From Candidatus Saccharimonadales bacterium (GTDB lineage: Bacteria > Patescibacteriota > Saccharimonadia > Saccharimonadales > 2-12-FULL-41-12): a stretch of DNA of 64,000 nt. Numbering within the stretch: position 1 is the stretch's first letter; every line of letters starts with the position of its first letter. This document shows, in pieces, positions 37,423 through 46,250 of the stretch. The notes beneath the pieces are model-generated. The model was not told the origin of the DNA and searched no databases. It saw only the letters and a list, made by a program, of their open reading frames with translations. Made by a program: the position numbers and the translations under genes. The stretch is from positions 320,387-384,386 of the forward strand of contig JBFIJM010000001.1 of NCBI GenBank assembly GCA_041600715.1. Direction: 5' to 3'.

Positions 37423-37706
37423 CGGCCGTTTGTTCCATCCTGAATAGTCTGTTTTGTTTCGTCAAAGAATGGACCCACAAGAGGAATGCTATCAAATAGA
37501 GATAATATCCACACTAAGACCGCAATAATTAAAGTAGCGCCAATGATACCGCCTGCGCTAAATGCCATACCCCGTAAAAAATTCTCAAGGTAAAGCTTTT
37601 TGCGATCCATATAACCGTCAGCAAAAAGAATTTCTAGCGCCTTTGCAACTTGATCACGATTTTCTCTTAATAATTTCCCGTCTGTTTGTGCTTTTTTCTT
37701 AGTCAT
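37419..37706 (-). CDS. Small membrane protein (DUF5665-like)
   Basis: 95 aa. NFLRGMAFSAGGIIGATLIIAVLVWIL TM segment. Family name is from memory only. Confidence 0.45.
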   Translation of the reverse strand: MTKKKAQTDGKLLRENRDQVAKALEILFADGYMDRKKLYLENFLRGMAFSAGGIIGATLIIAVLVWILSLFDSIPLVGPFFDETKQTIQDGTNGR

Positions 37707-37721
37707 ATATTACATACTACA

Positions 37722-38795
37722 CTATTCGTTAATCGACGGCTTAGCAAGATTTTTTTGTGGCTTCTGGCTTTTTTCGAGTTGAGAGTGATCCCCGATTTTA
37801 TCAACGATTTTAGTTAACTGCCTGTTTCTTGTTCCCTCTACATCATGATAGGTCTTTTGCACTGTCGCTAGCTGTGATCCAAGACGCTCCATGCTATCTC
37901 CAAATTTACCGTATTCTTCTTGGAATTTTGCAACTAGCCCAAATATTTCTTGGAGGTGTTTTTCGTAGCCAAAATTTTTGTGTGCTTGCATAATTAATCT
38001 AAGAACAGCTGTAAAGCCAAACGGTCCAGCTAATACTACCTTGCGCTGATTACAATACTCATTAATATCAGGAAGTTTTTCGTATATAAAACTAAAAATC
38101 ATCTCATTGGGAATAAACATAATCACAAAATCCAATGTTTGATCTTGAGGATTAATATAATCTTTAGACGTCACTTCTTTAACTTTTGTTTTAATAGAGT
38201 TACTAAACTTAGTGAGCGCCTGCTTACGAGCGGGTTCGTTTTTTGCTTGTTGATATTCTATCAGATCATCGAAGGGAAACTTAGCATCAATATTAAGCTT
38301 TGATCCGTCTGGTAGTAGTACTGTAAAATCTGGTCTACCTTCAGCGGTTGTACTTTGCTTTACAAAATTTAACTTCTCCACAAAACCAGCCGCCAACAGC
38401 AAGTCCTCAGCGACCTGTTCTCCCCATTCCCCTCGGAGACGATTATTCGAAAGTAAACTTTTTAAACTGTCCGTAGAGATTTGTAGCCCTTCAGTAACTT
38501 TTGCAGTGTTGATCAATTGTTCACGGATAGCAGAGTTTTGATTTTTAAGATCACCAACTTCTTTTCTGCTTCCTTCAAGTTGCTTTTCTAGACCACGAAC
38601 AATTTCAGACAAAAGCTTCTGGTTACTATCCAATATGTCTCGGACGCCACTTTCTATTTCTGTTTTACTGTCACGTCGTTTCTCGTCATGAGTGGTTGTA
38701 AGCTGAAGCATAAACTTTTGTGCAAAAAGGTAAATAGCCAACACAATAATTGTTGATGCTAATAGTGCTCCGAGAACTATACCCCCAATTTCCAT
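37722..38795 (-). CDS. rmuC: DNA recombination protein RmuC
   Basis: N-terminal TM, coiled coil, and C-terminal RmuC nuclease-like core (RPDFTVLLPDGSKLNIDAKFP, DFVIMFIPNE). Confidence 0.85.
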   Translation of the reverse strand: MEIGGIVLGALLASTIIVLAIYLFAQKFMLQLTTTHDEKRRDSKTEIESGVRDILDSNQKLLSEIVRGLEKQLEGSRKEVGDLKNQNSAIREQLINTAKVTEGLQISTDSLKSLLSNNRLRGEWGEQVAEDLLLAAGFVEKLNFVKQSTTAEGRPDFTVLLPDGSKLNIDAKFPFDDLIEYQQAKNEPARKQALTKFSNSIKTKVKEVTSKDYINPQDQTLDFVIMFIPNEMIFSFIYEKLPDINEYCNQRKVVLAGPFGFTAVLRLIMQAHKNFGYEKHLQEIFGLVAKFQEEYGKFGDSMERLGSQLATVQKTYHDVEGTRNRQLTKIVDKIGDHSQLEKSQKPQKNLAKPSINE

Positions 38796-38822
38796 AAGCT
38801 CTATTGTACCGTAGTTAGCGGA

Positions 38823-39656
38823 CTAGTGCTCGTCTTCATCTTCATCGTGATGTTCGCCTTCATGCAAACTTGACTCTGGGGAATGATGATCTTCGGTTTC
38901 TATATAGCCGTGGGCCAGATTTATAGCAAGCCCAACTACAATAACACCCACTAACATCATGATCGGCTGAACACTTAGTATTTTCTTCTTATCGGCCTCC
39001 TGATGGATGGTTGGGATAATATCGCTCATAGCAATGTATAGTAAAAATCCGGCGCTAACACCAAACAAAACTCCAATTGGAAGCGTATCTGCAGAGCCAA
39101 GAGCGTATGTGCCTAACGCAGCAACGACAGTAGCTAGCGAACTAAGCGCATTTACAATCAATACGCGTCTCCTGCTCATACCTTTTTTTAATAGCAGGCC
39201 AAAATCACCAATTTCCTGAGGGATTTCGTGAGCCGCCACCGCAAGAGTCGTAACAATACCAGTAGGAACAGAAATAAGGAATGCCGAAGCGATTGCTACG
39301 CCGTCAAGAGCATTATGAACTGTATCCCCTACGATGATCAGACTCTTAGACGCATTCTTTAATTCATCATCTTCTCCATGATGGTGATGGAACCAATGCA
39401 AGAATCTCTCAGCCATAAAAAATCCTAATATACCGAGAAGAGAAGCCAGTAAAACTGTATCAGGACTGCTTACATGAATTCCTTCTTTTAATAAATCAAG
39501 AAATACTGCTGACAGTAAAGCTCCTGCTGCAAACGGTGTTGCATAGTGAGATAATTTGTCTGCAGTAGATTGTTTACGTAACAAGATCAGACCGCCGATT
39601 AGCGATACTAACCCGCCTACTAAAGAAAATACAAATACATATACATAATCGTCCAT
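38823..39656 (-). CDS. zupT: ZIP-family divalent metal (zinc) transporter
   Basis: HEIPQEIGDFGLL signature, HNALDG, His-rich loop (HWFHHHHGEDD) and an His/Asp/Glu C-tail. Confidence 0.88.
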   Translation of the reverse strand: MDDYVYVFVFSLVGGLVSLIGGLILLRKQSTADKLSHYATPFAAGALLSAVFLDLLKEGIHVSSPDTVLLASLLGILGFFMAERFLHWFHHHHGEDDELKNASKSLIIVGDTVHNALDGVAIASAFLISVPTGIVTTLAVAAHEIPQEIGDFGLLLKKGMSRRRVLIVNALSSLATVVAALGTYALGSADTLPIGVLFGVSAGFLLYIAMSDIIPTIHQEADKKKILSVQPIMMLVGVIVVGLAINLAHGYIETEDHHSPESSLHEGEHHDEDEDEH

Positions 39657-39678
39657 GACATATATCGTATATTAAAGG

Positions 39679-39704
39679 TGCAAATTTTTGCAATATTATC
39701 GCAA
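39679..39704. promoter_or_regulatory. Candidate Zur/Fur operator in the zupT-zur divergent promoter region
   Basis: Two overlapping near-palindromes, TGCAAATTTTTGCA (39679-39692) and TTGCAATATTATCGCAA (39688-39704). GCAA half-sites recur at about 10-11 bp phasing up to 39723. Confidence 0.4.
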
Positions 39705-39726
39705 TTTTTATATTATTGTTGCAGTT

Positions 39727-40155
39727 ATGGATAACCTTACAGAGTTTTATATAAGTGAACTTAAAAAACACCGGCTAAGCAACACTAAGCCACGTAGAGC
39801 TGTTTTCAGTGCTCTTTCAACAAACGGTCACCTACCAGTAACGATGCAAGAAATTATTTCACTCACTTCACAACATGCGGACAGATCCAGCGTATATAGA
39901 GTTGTCCATTCGTTAGAAAAGGCCGAAATCATAAAACGTATTCATATTGGCTGGAAGTATAAACTAGAGTTAAGTGACAAGTTTTTTAAGCATCACCATC
40001 ACATAACGTGTATCAACTGTGGTTACGTGCACGTAACACACGACGACGATAAACTTGAAAGAGAGATAAAAGCTTTGGCCACTAAATGCGGTTTCACCAT
40101 GACTAATCATCAAATCGACATTAAAGGTCTGTGCAAGACTTGCGCTAATAGATAA
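39727..40155 (+). CDS. zur: Fur-family metalloregulator (Zur-like)
   Basis: wHTH region (RLSNTKPRRAVFSAL...), His cluster HHHHITCINCG and second CxxC (LCKTCAN). Divergent from the ZIP transporter. Start moved to ATG 39727. Confidence 0.8.
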   Translation: MDNLTEFYISELKKHRLSNTKPRRAVFSALSTNGHLPVTMQEIISLTSQHADRSSVYRVVHSLEKAEIIKRIHIGWKYKLELSDKFFKHHHHITCINCGYVHVTHDDDKLEREIKALATKCGFTMTNHQIDIKGLCKTCANR

Positions 40156-40202
40156 TAATTTTTACGTCCTTAAGCAAAGAAGCAATTTCATCTTATGAGC
40201 TT

Positions 40203-40236
40203 CGTAAATAAATGGAACCCCGAGTAACTCGAGGTT
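40203..40236 (-). terminator. Candidate intrinsic terminator downstream of typA
   Basis: Minus strand reads GAACCTCGAG-TTA-CTCGGGGTTC (10 bp, one mismatch) followed by CATTTATTTAC. The U-tract is interrupted. Confidence 0.4.
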
Positions 40237-40316
40237 CTAGGGAAGCCTCACACTTCCATATACATAATATATGTAATCATAAGTGTTGTTTGTGATTATT
40301 CTCACAGACAAATAAT

Positions 40317-42143
40317 TTATTTTCTTTTACGTTTGTTGTGATCTAGTTCTTTTTTGCGGAGTCTCAGATTCTGAGGAGTCACCTCTAATAATTCGTCGTT
40401 TTCGATAAAATCAAGACACTGCTCAAGACTCATGATAGTTGGAGGAGTTAACTGTACGACTCCATCACTACTACTGCTTCGCATGTTTGTTAGCTGTTTC
40501 GCACGACATACATTCATTTCCATATCTTCCTGGCGGGTGTTCATGCCAATGATCTGACCGGCATATACTTTTGTCCCGGGTTCGACAAAGCAGGTTCCTC
40601 TTGATTCAACATTTTGTAATGCATAAGCAGTTGTTGTGCCGGCTTCAAACGAGATCAGAACTCCATTACGTAACTGCTGTAATGCCTGTCCCATTGGCTG
40701 GTAACCTGCCGACAATGTATGCATAATAACCGTACCCTTAGTATTGGTAAGCAGTATACCTTTAGCTCCAAGTAAAGCGCGTGTTGGCAACTCGTAGATC
40801 AACTTTGTAACACCCCGAGGAGTCGCAAACTGCTCTTTAAGAGTTGCTCGACGCGCACCTAGTTCTTGCTGTACCGTGCCGACATGCTCAGCTGGGACTT
40901 CGACAATCAGCTCCTCTACCGGCTCTTCTACAACACCATCTTTTTCTCGTGTAACCACTTGTGGTCTTCCAACCTCAAACTCAAAGCCTTCTCTGCGCAT
41001 TGTCTCGATCAGCACGCTTAGATGCAATTCTCCTCGACCTGCAACCAAGAAACCAATGCCTTCTTCCTCTACTTGAAGTCCAACATTTATCTCAAGCTCT
41101 TTCTTGAGTCTGTCATAAATCTGACGTGATGTACTAAAATCCGCTTCCTGACCTTTAAGAGGACTGGTGTTTGGCCCCAAATAGATTCTTAGCGTCGGTG
41201 CTTCTACTTCAAGCACCGGTAGAGCTTCAGGATTTTCAGAATCCGCGATTGTTTCGCCAATTTGTGCATCAGAAAGCCCAGTTAACTGAACAATATCGCC
41301 TGCTACTCCTACAGGTACTTCGAACTTACTAACACCGTGACTCATAAAAACCAGGTCAATTTTACCTTTTTGGATAGTCCCATCTTTTTTGCAAAGTGAT
41401 ACTTGAGTGCCCGCCTTTATTTGTCCACGAGTAATACGGCCAATAGCATATTTTCCTTTGTACGTATCCCATGCTAGTGCAGTGACCAACATCTGGAAAG
41501 GCTTATCAAGCTCAACGCTTGGCGCTGGAACATGTTCCACAATAGCACTAAAGACATCTTCAAGGTTTCCGTCTGCACTAGGATCTTCTGGCAATGATTT
41601 CCATGCTTTACCGTCGCGACCAATCGCATAATAAATCGGGTAATGTAGCTGGTCTTCGTGCACAGCAAGTTCCAGAAATAAATCCGCTAGCTCATCTTCA
41701 ACTTCCTTGATACGAGATCCAGGTTTATCGATTTTATTTATGATCACAATTGGCTTTAATTCTGAAGCAAGGGCTTTACTCAGTACAAACTTAGTCTGGG
41801 GCATGGGGCCTTCTTGAGCGTCCACGATCAGTAAACATCCATCGGCTAAGTTAAGTGTGCGCTCTACCTCGCCCGAAAAGTCAGCATGTCCAGGCGTGTC
41901 TATAATATTAATCCTGTAGTCACCGTGCTGAACAGCCGTAACTTTTGCTGTGATTGTTATGCCACGTTCTTTTTCTTGGTCACCACTATCCATAATGAGC
42001 TCTTGACTCATTTCTGCCTGGTTATCGCGAAATGTCTTAGATTGTTTTAATAATCCGTCAACTAACGTAGTTTTACCATGATCAACATGAGCGATAACTG
42101 CAATATTACGAATTTTGCTAGGGTCTTGGATTTCTTTAGACAA
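40317..42143 (-). CDS. typA: Translational GTPase TypA/BipA
   Basis: G1 AHVDHGKTTLVD, G3 DTPGHADF, NKIDK; 608 aa with EF-G-like domains. Confidence 0.96.
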   Translation of the reverse strand: MSKEIQDPSKIRNIAVIAHVDHGKTTLVDGLLKQSKTFRDNQAEMSQELIMDSGDQEKERGITITAKVTAVQHGDYRINIIDTPGHADFSGEVERTLNLADGCLLIVDAQEGPMPQTKFVLSKALASELKPIVIINKIDKPGSRIKEVEDELADLFLELAVHEDQLHYPIYYAIGRDGKAWKSLPEDPSADGNLEDVFSAIVEHVPAPSVELDKPFQMLVTALAWDTYKGKYAIGRITRGQIKAGTQVSLCKKDGTIQKGKIDLVFMSHGVSKFEVPVGVAGDIVQLTGLSDAQIGETIADSENPEALPVLEVEAPTLRIYLGPNTSPLKGQEADFSTSRQIYDRLKKELEINVGLQVEEEGIGFLVAGRGELHLSVLIETMRREGFEFEVGRPQVVTREKDGVVEEPVEELIVEVPAEHVGTVQQELGARRATLKEQFATPRGVTKLIYELPTRALLGAKGILLTNTKGTVIMHTLSAGYQPMGQALQQLRNGVLISFEAGTTTAYALQNVESRGTCFVEPGTKVYAGQIIGMNTRQEDMEMNVCRAKQLTNMRSSSSDGVVQLTPPTIMSLEQCLDFIENDELLEVTPQNLRLRKKELDHNKRKRK

Positions 42144-42219
42144 AATGAATAGACTTTCTGTTTTTTAACTACTAGTACTCTCATCTAATTATAACACGCT
42201 TAAGCAAATAATGCAATGT

Positions 42220-43146
42220 CTATAACCAATTACGACGATGGAAATAGCCAACAAAACCCACAGTAGTAACAGCAACGCCGGCAACTATAATCCAAAAAGC
42301 ATGAGTATTCTCTGCTAATGGTAGTGCGACATTCATTCCCCACAAGCCTCCAGCTATCATCGGGATCGTCAAAAATATACCTATTGAAGTCAATCGCTTA
42401 AAGGTCTTATTCAAGTTATTGGTCGCTATCGTATCGTAGGCTTGACGAATGTTTGACACTGTTCGTATACGTGACTTGCTGACTTCGATAAGCTCACTAG
42501 TATTAAGCATAATATCCTGCACTAAATCACGGTCGTCTTCATACAGGCGCATATATTTACCGCTCTGCAAAGCGTTAAGTACCAATGCTTGCGGTTGCAA
42601 GGCCGTCAAAAACTCGTTTAGATCTTCTTCTAGTTCCAGGAAGCTAACAAATTCTACATTGCTTACAACTGCTCGCCTAAGCCTTGAGCGTGTTTGCAAA
42701 ATTCTTTTACTAACGTGTGTTAACTGCAAGCGATATGATCGATTAATCTCTTCTAAAATATGAAGGAATGTCTTTGTCTTCTGAGTGGTAAGTACTTCGA
42801 CATGTCCGCTTATTATTCTATCAAGCACTGTGTCTACTTTCCTCATGACTGTCACAATATTGTTACTTGTATACACAATAAGCAAAGGCTCAGTTGCTAC
42901 ATCTTGACCTTGGGGATGGCAATAACGTGTAAATACATAGGTTACTGAACCCTCACTCTCTACGCGTGGAGCCTCGTACACATCGGTTGCATCGTTCAGC
43001 AGATCTCTATCAAGGTTAAACTCATTGGCAACATCGTCCAGTTCTTTGCTTGTAGGTGCAACTACATGACACCAACTACCTGCCTTGCTAGAGTCAACTT
43101 TTGTCAGAGTGCGCATTCGCGCCGTGCTGTGGTAATACGTGATCAT
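42220..43146 (-). CDS. corA: CorA-family magnesium/cobalt transporter
   Basis: C-terminal two TM helices with the GMN motif (GGLWGMNV); 308 aa. Confidence 0.88.
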   Translation of the reverse strand: MITYYHSTARMRTLTKVDSSKAGSWCHVVAPTSKELDDVANEFNLDRDLLNDATDVYEAPRVESEGSVTYVFTRYCHPQGQDVATEPLLIVYTSNNIVTVMRKVDTVLDRIISGHVEVLTTQKTKTFLHILEEINRSYRLQLTHVSKRILQTRSRLRRAVVSNVEFVSFLELEEDLNEFLTALQPQALVLNALQSGKYMRLYEDDRDLVQDIMLNTSELIEVSKSRIRTVSNIRQAYDTIATNNLNKTFKRLTSIGIFLTIPMIAGGLWGMNVALPLAENTHAFWIIVAGVAVTTVGFVGYFHRRNWL

Positions 43147-43179
43147 TACTACATTGTAGTATGCTTATTAGCCTTAATA

Positions 43180-44295
43180 CTAGTTATTAACTATTTTCTC
43201 CCAAGGTAGCTCATTTTTACCAAAATGCCCGTAAGCTGATGTTTGACTGTATATCGGTCTTCGCAGATCGAGACCGTCAATAATACCTTTTACAGATAAA
43301 TCGAGTAGTGTCTCTGCGTATTTCCGAATAGTCTCATGTTTTACAGTCTCACTTCCGAATGTTTCTATCTCGAACTGAACTGGAGACGTTCCGCCAATAT
43401 AATAAGCCAGTCGCACTTCTGCTTGTTCTGCGTAGCCTTTAGCGACAATATTCTTTGCAATATAGCGCGATGCGTAAGCTCCAGATCGATCAACTTTACT
43501 TGGGTCTTTGCCAGAGAACGCACCTCCACCTACTCGTGCAAAGCCACCGTAACCATCAACTACAATTTTACGACCAGTAAGCCCTGCATCACTGCTAGGT
43601 CCTGGGATATGCCATGCGCCTGTGCCATTAACTATTAGGTGTTTTTCGCCGATATGATAACCATATTCCTCAAGCGCAGGAGATACCACACTCTTATATA
43701 TATCTTGTTTAATCCGCTCTAATGAAAGTGACTCATGGTGAGGTACAGCAATTGTAACGTGATCGACACCTGCCGGTTTACCATCCACATAATTAACCAC
43801 AACCTGTGCTTTGCCGTCAGGTCTAAGATGGGGTAACAGCCCAGTTTCTCGTGAGTTATCCAGCCCTTTCGTGAGTTTGTGCGCCATAACAATTGGAAGT
43901 GGCAAGTATTCTGGGGTTTCATTAGTAGCATAACCAAATAATATTCCCTGGTCGCCTGCCCCTTCATTATCGACACCAATCGCAATTTCTGGTGACTGCT
44001 GGTGCACATGACTGACGAACTTAGACTTATCAGAAAATCCCCATGTCGGGTCGATATAGCCTAGTTTTTTAACCGTTTGTCTGGCGATAGCCTCTAAGTC
44101 CAGCTTTGCTGTAGTGGTAAGCTCGCCTGCCAGCGTTATCGACTCGTGGGCTACTAACGTTTCTATCGCTACGCGCGCCTGTTTGTCTTGCTCTAGGGCT
44201 CTGTCTAGCACTGCATCACTTATTGCATCTGCTACCTTGTCTGGATGGCCAGAAGCTACCGACTCGCTTGCAAATTGTGTTAGTTTTTTTGACAT
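43180..44295 (-). CDS. metK: S-adenosylmethionine synthetase
   Basis: SESVASGHPDKVAD, GAGDQG, DAGLTGRKIVVD and GGGAFSGKD motifs. Start moved to ATG 44295, because the 17-codon extension in the ORF track covers the SD and a leader hairpin. Confidence 0.96.
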   Translation of the reverse strand: MSKKLTQFASESVASGHPDKVADAISDAVLDRALEQDKQARVAIETLVAHESITLAGELTTTAKLDLEAIARQTVKKLGYIDPTWGFSDKSKFVSHVHQQSPEIAIGVDNEGAGDQGILFGYATNETPEYLPLPIVMAHKLTKGLDNSRETGLLPHLRPDGKAQVVVNYVDGKPAGVDHVTIAVPHHESLSLERIKQDIYKSVVSPALEEYGYHIGEKHLIVNGTGAWHIPGPSSDAGLTGRKIVVDGYGGFARVGGGAFSGKDPSKVDRSGAYASRYIAKNIVAKGYAEQAEVRLAYYIGGTSPVQFEIETFGSETVKHETIRKYAETLLDLSVKGIIDGLDLRRPIYSQTSAYGHFGKNELPWEKIVNN

Positions 44296-44297
44296 AA

Positions 44298-44453
44298 AAA
44301 TATCCTTCCCCTGGACTGTTCCAGAAAAAGGATCTTGAGAATTCAAAATATCTTATCCGTGGAAATTAACCAGGAACTAGATGGAGCACCTTACACATAT
44401 GTAGGTTGCTAGTAGGTCGACGAGCTAGATCTCTCGCTACTTCTTTATATTTT
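44298..44453 (-). promoter_or_regulatory. Candidate SAM-I-clan riboswitch (aptamer ~44345-44453) with SD-sequestering expression platform
   Basis: Hand-folded four-way junction with the GCAACC...GGUGC P3 signature, upstream of metK, plus mutually exclusive downstream hairpins covering GGGGAAGGA. Not verified by a covariance model. Confidence 0.5.
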
Positions 44454-44490
44454 TTTAAATTGTTAACGTTTACAAAATATAGCAGTCATA

Positions 44491-45243
44491 TTAATGGTTT
44501 GCAAACAAAAAGTGTTTTATTCTACGTCTTGTTGCATAAAGTGGACCGAAGGCAAGCAGAGGTAGTATTGTAAAATGATCAACAAATTTTAAGATTTGTA
44601 ATTGTGATTCAAAACCAGATTTTTCTAACTTTCTGTTCAGCGATATGCTGTCTTTGATTGAAACTGTATAGTCTAACGCGCCGTGAAGTAGCATGAATTT
44701 AGGCCGATTTTTAGCTACTCGTATATACGTCCTTGGATCATGTAATTTATCGTTAAAACTAGATCCAAAAACATGCTTCCAATGACGCTCAGATAATGTG
44801 CATGGAGTTGATATTGATATTACTCCATCAAGACCTTCTTTCATTGTTAAAGATGAAATAACCGCTGTATGCCCACCTGCTGAGTGCCCCATTCCAAAGA
44901 TTTTTCTCCCAGGATACTTTTTTTGAACGTGCCCTATTGCTAGGTGTGCATCTTTTATAAATCCAGGAAACGTTTGTTCAGAGTATAATGGATGACCAAT
45001 AATTAAAGTGTGCGCACCAAGTTTTTGGAGCATATGACCCATGAAACGGTACATATCTTTATTGCCGGTTGTCCAGCCTCCCCCATGCCAAAACATGACG
45101 ATTGGAGACTTATTATCATTAACAGGAAACTCATCATACACCATGGCTGGGTGGTCGCCGTAAGAAATGTTGTCCTCTCGATCATACCCTCCCATAACTG
45201 CATTTACAGGTGTTAGAAACTTTTCGCTCCTCGTTTTTCTCAT
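44491..45243 (-). CDS. Alpha/beta hydrolase (esterase/lipase-type)
   Basis: Oxyanion motif HGGGW and nucleophile elbow GHSAGG; 250 aa. Confidence 0.75.
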   Translation of the reverse strand: MRKTRSEKFLTPVNAVMGGYDREDNISYGDHPAMVYDEFPVNDNKSPIVMFWHGGGWTTGNKDMYRFMGHMLQKLGAHTLIIGHPLYSEQTFPGFIKDAHLAIGHVQKKYPGRKIFGMGHSAGGHTAVISSLTMKEGLDGVISISTPCTLSERHWKHVFGSSFNDKLHDPRTYIRVAKNRPKFMLLHGALDYTVSIKDSISLNRKLEKSGFESQLQILKFVDHFTILPLLAFGPLYATRRRIKHFLFANH

Positions 45244-45438
45244 AATGATACTTTACATTATTAACTATTGAGTATCAACCATCCGTCTATTAACTACCTG
45301 AGGATCATGAGTCACTTTAAATTGGTTTTTTGTTTTAGATCTAATAAACTTAGAAACTTCTAAACTCATTCACGATTTGTCAGTGGTTGAGTTTTAAGTA
45401 AAAAGCCAGTACAATTAACCCCTGTAAACCAGATGTAA

Positions 45439-45512
45439 TGGGGATTGGCCAAGTGGTAAGGCACCGGGTTCTGGTCCCGGGATCGGGGGTTCGAATCCCT
45501 CATCCCCAGCCA
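45439..45512 (+). tRNA. tRNA-Gln (anticodon CUG), CCA encoded
   Basis: 74 nt cloverleaf. Acceptor TGGGGAT/ATCCCCA, D arm GCC-AAGTGGTAA-GGC, anticodon arm CCGGG-TTCTGGT-CCCGG, T arm GGGGG-TTCGAAT-CCCTC, discriminator G plus CCA. Close to the E. coli tRNA-Gln pattern. Confidence 0.95.
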
Positions 45513-45520
45513 AGCATAAG

Positions 45521-45544
45521 CACTAACGCAAGTTAGTGTTTTTT
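45521..45544 (+). terminator. Rho-independent terminator after tRNA-Gln
   Basis: CACTAAC-GCAA-GTTAGTG followed by TTTTTT. Confidence 0.7.
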
Positions 45545-45565
45545 GATTTGTGAGATAATTATTGC

Positions 45566-46183
45566 ATGGCAAATTTTCTGGAATCTTACAATCAAGAATT
45601 TGTTGATAAAGACTTTGAAAGAATACATCTTTTTGAACTGCTCAGGAAAGAATATGGAGGCAGCAAAGCCCTATACCTCGGTAGTCATATTCATATTGCG
45701 CCAAGCTTGGTTTATCCAACAGTTGTATATGTAGACTCGTATAAAAGAGCAGCGAAGCTATTTCAAGATAAACAGCTCGCTGAATACGTTGAAAAGAACA
45801 AAAAATACGAAGAGAAAAGCACTATCGAGTTTATTTATCGTAACTACGACAAAGAATTGAGTATCAACAGTGATTTCGACCTACTGATCTCGCAATATGC
45901 CGGATTTGTGTCCCAAGCTGGAAAAAAATATCTGAAATCTGGGGGTATCCTAGTTGCAAATAACAGCCATGGCGATGCAAGTATGACTCACTTAGATGAT
46001 GATTATGAGTTAATTGCTGTTTCGAATCACACAAGTGACAAATGGCGCATATCTACAGAAAATCTAGATGACTATTTCATACCTAAGAACGGCAAACCTG
46101 ATAGTGTTGTTGAGCTTAGAGAAATCATGCGTGGCTTCGGGTACACAAAGACTGCTGCGAATTACATTTTTAGAAAACCGTAG
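45566..46183 (+). CDS. Hypothetical protein, Rossmann/methyltransferase-like pattern with degenerate SAM loop
   Basis: 205 aa. Strand-helix pattern ALYLGSHIHIAPS / VVYVD / FDLLISQYAG / LKSGGILV, but no GxGxG. Flanked by the tRNA 3' end and its 11-bp repeat. Confidence 0.55.
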   Translation: MANFLESYNQEFVDKDFERIHLFELLRKEYGGSKALYLGSHIHIAPSLVYPTVVYVDSYKRAAKLFQDKQLAEYVEKNKKYEEKSTIEFIYRNYDKELSINSDFDLLISQYAGFVSQAGKKYLKSGGILVANNSHGDASMTHLDDDYELIAVSNHTSDKWRISTENLDDYFIPKNGKPDSVVELREIMRGFGYTKTAANYIFRKP

Positions 46184-46239
46184 TTTACATTTCGACTCCG
46201 CACAACAATTTGATTAGCAGTGTTCTGACCTCGTCAACT

Positions 46240-46250
46240 ATCCCCAGCCA
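46240..46250 (+). repeat. 11-bp direct repeat (ATCCCCAGCCA) of the tRNA-Gln 3' end (45502-45512); candidate att remnant
   Basis: Exact match read from the sequence, 738 bp downstream of the tRNA copy. Confidence 0.5.

Noticed and set aside
40241-40257. Small hairpin GGAAG-N7-CTTCC, and the 161-nt zur/typA convergent gap, considered as a possible sRNA.
   Set aside because: The stem is only 5 bp and no promoter is apparent. The neighbouring stronger hairpin is adequately explained as the typA terminator.
44296-44346. The 17-codon N-terminal extension of MetK in the ORF track (MNSQDPFSGTVQGKDIF).
   Set aside because: It is not homologous to MetK N-termini. It also covers the SD and the sequestor hairpin that directly precede the canonical MSKK...SESVASGHPDK start.
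45366-45572. 68-aa minus-strand ORF.
   Set aside because: It runs straight through the tRNA-Gln gene and its terminator, so it is an artefact.
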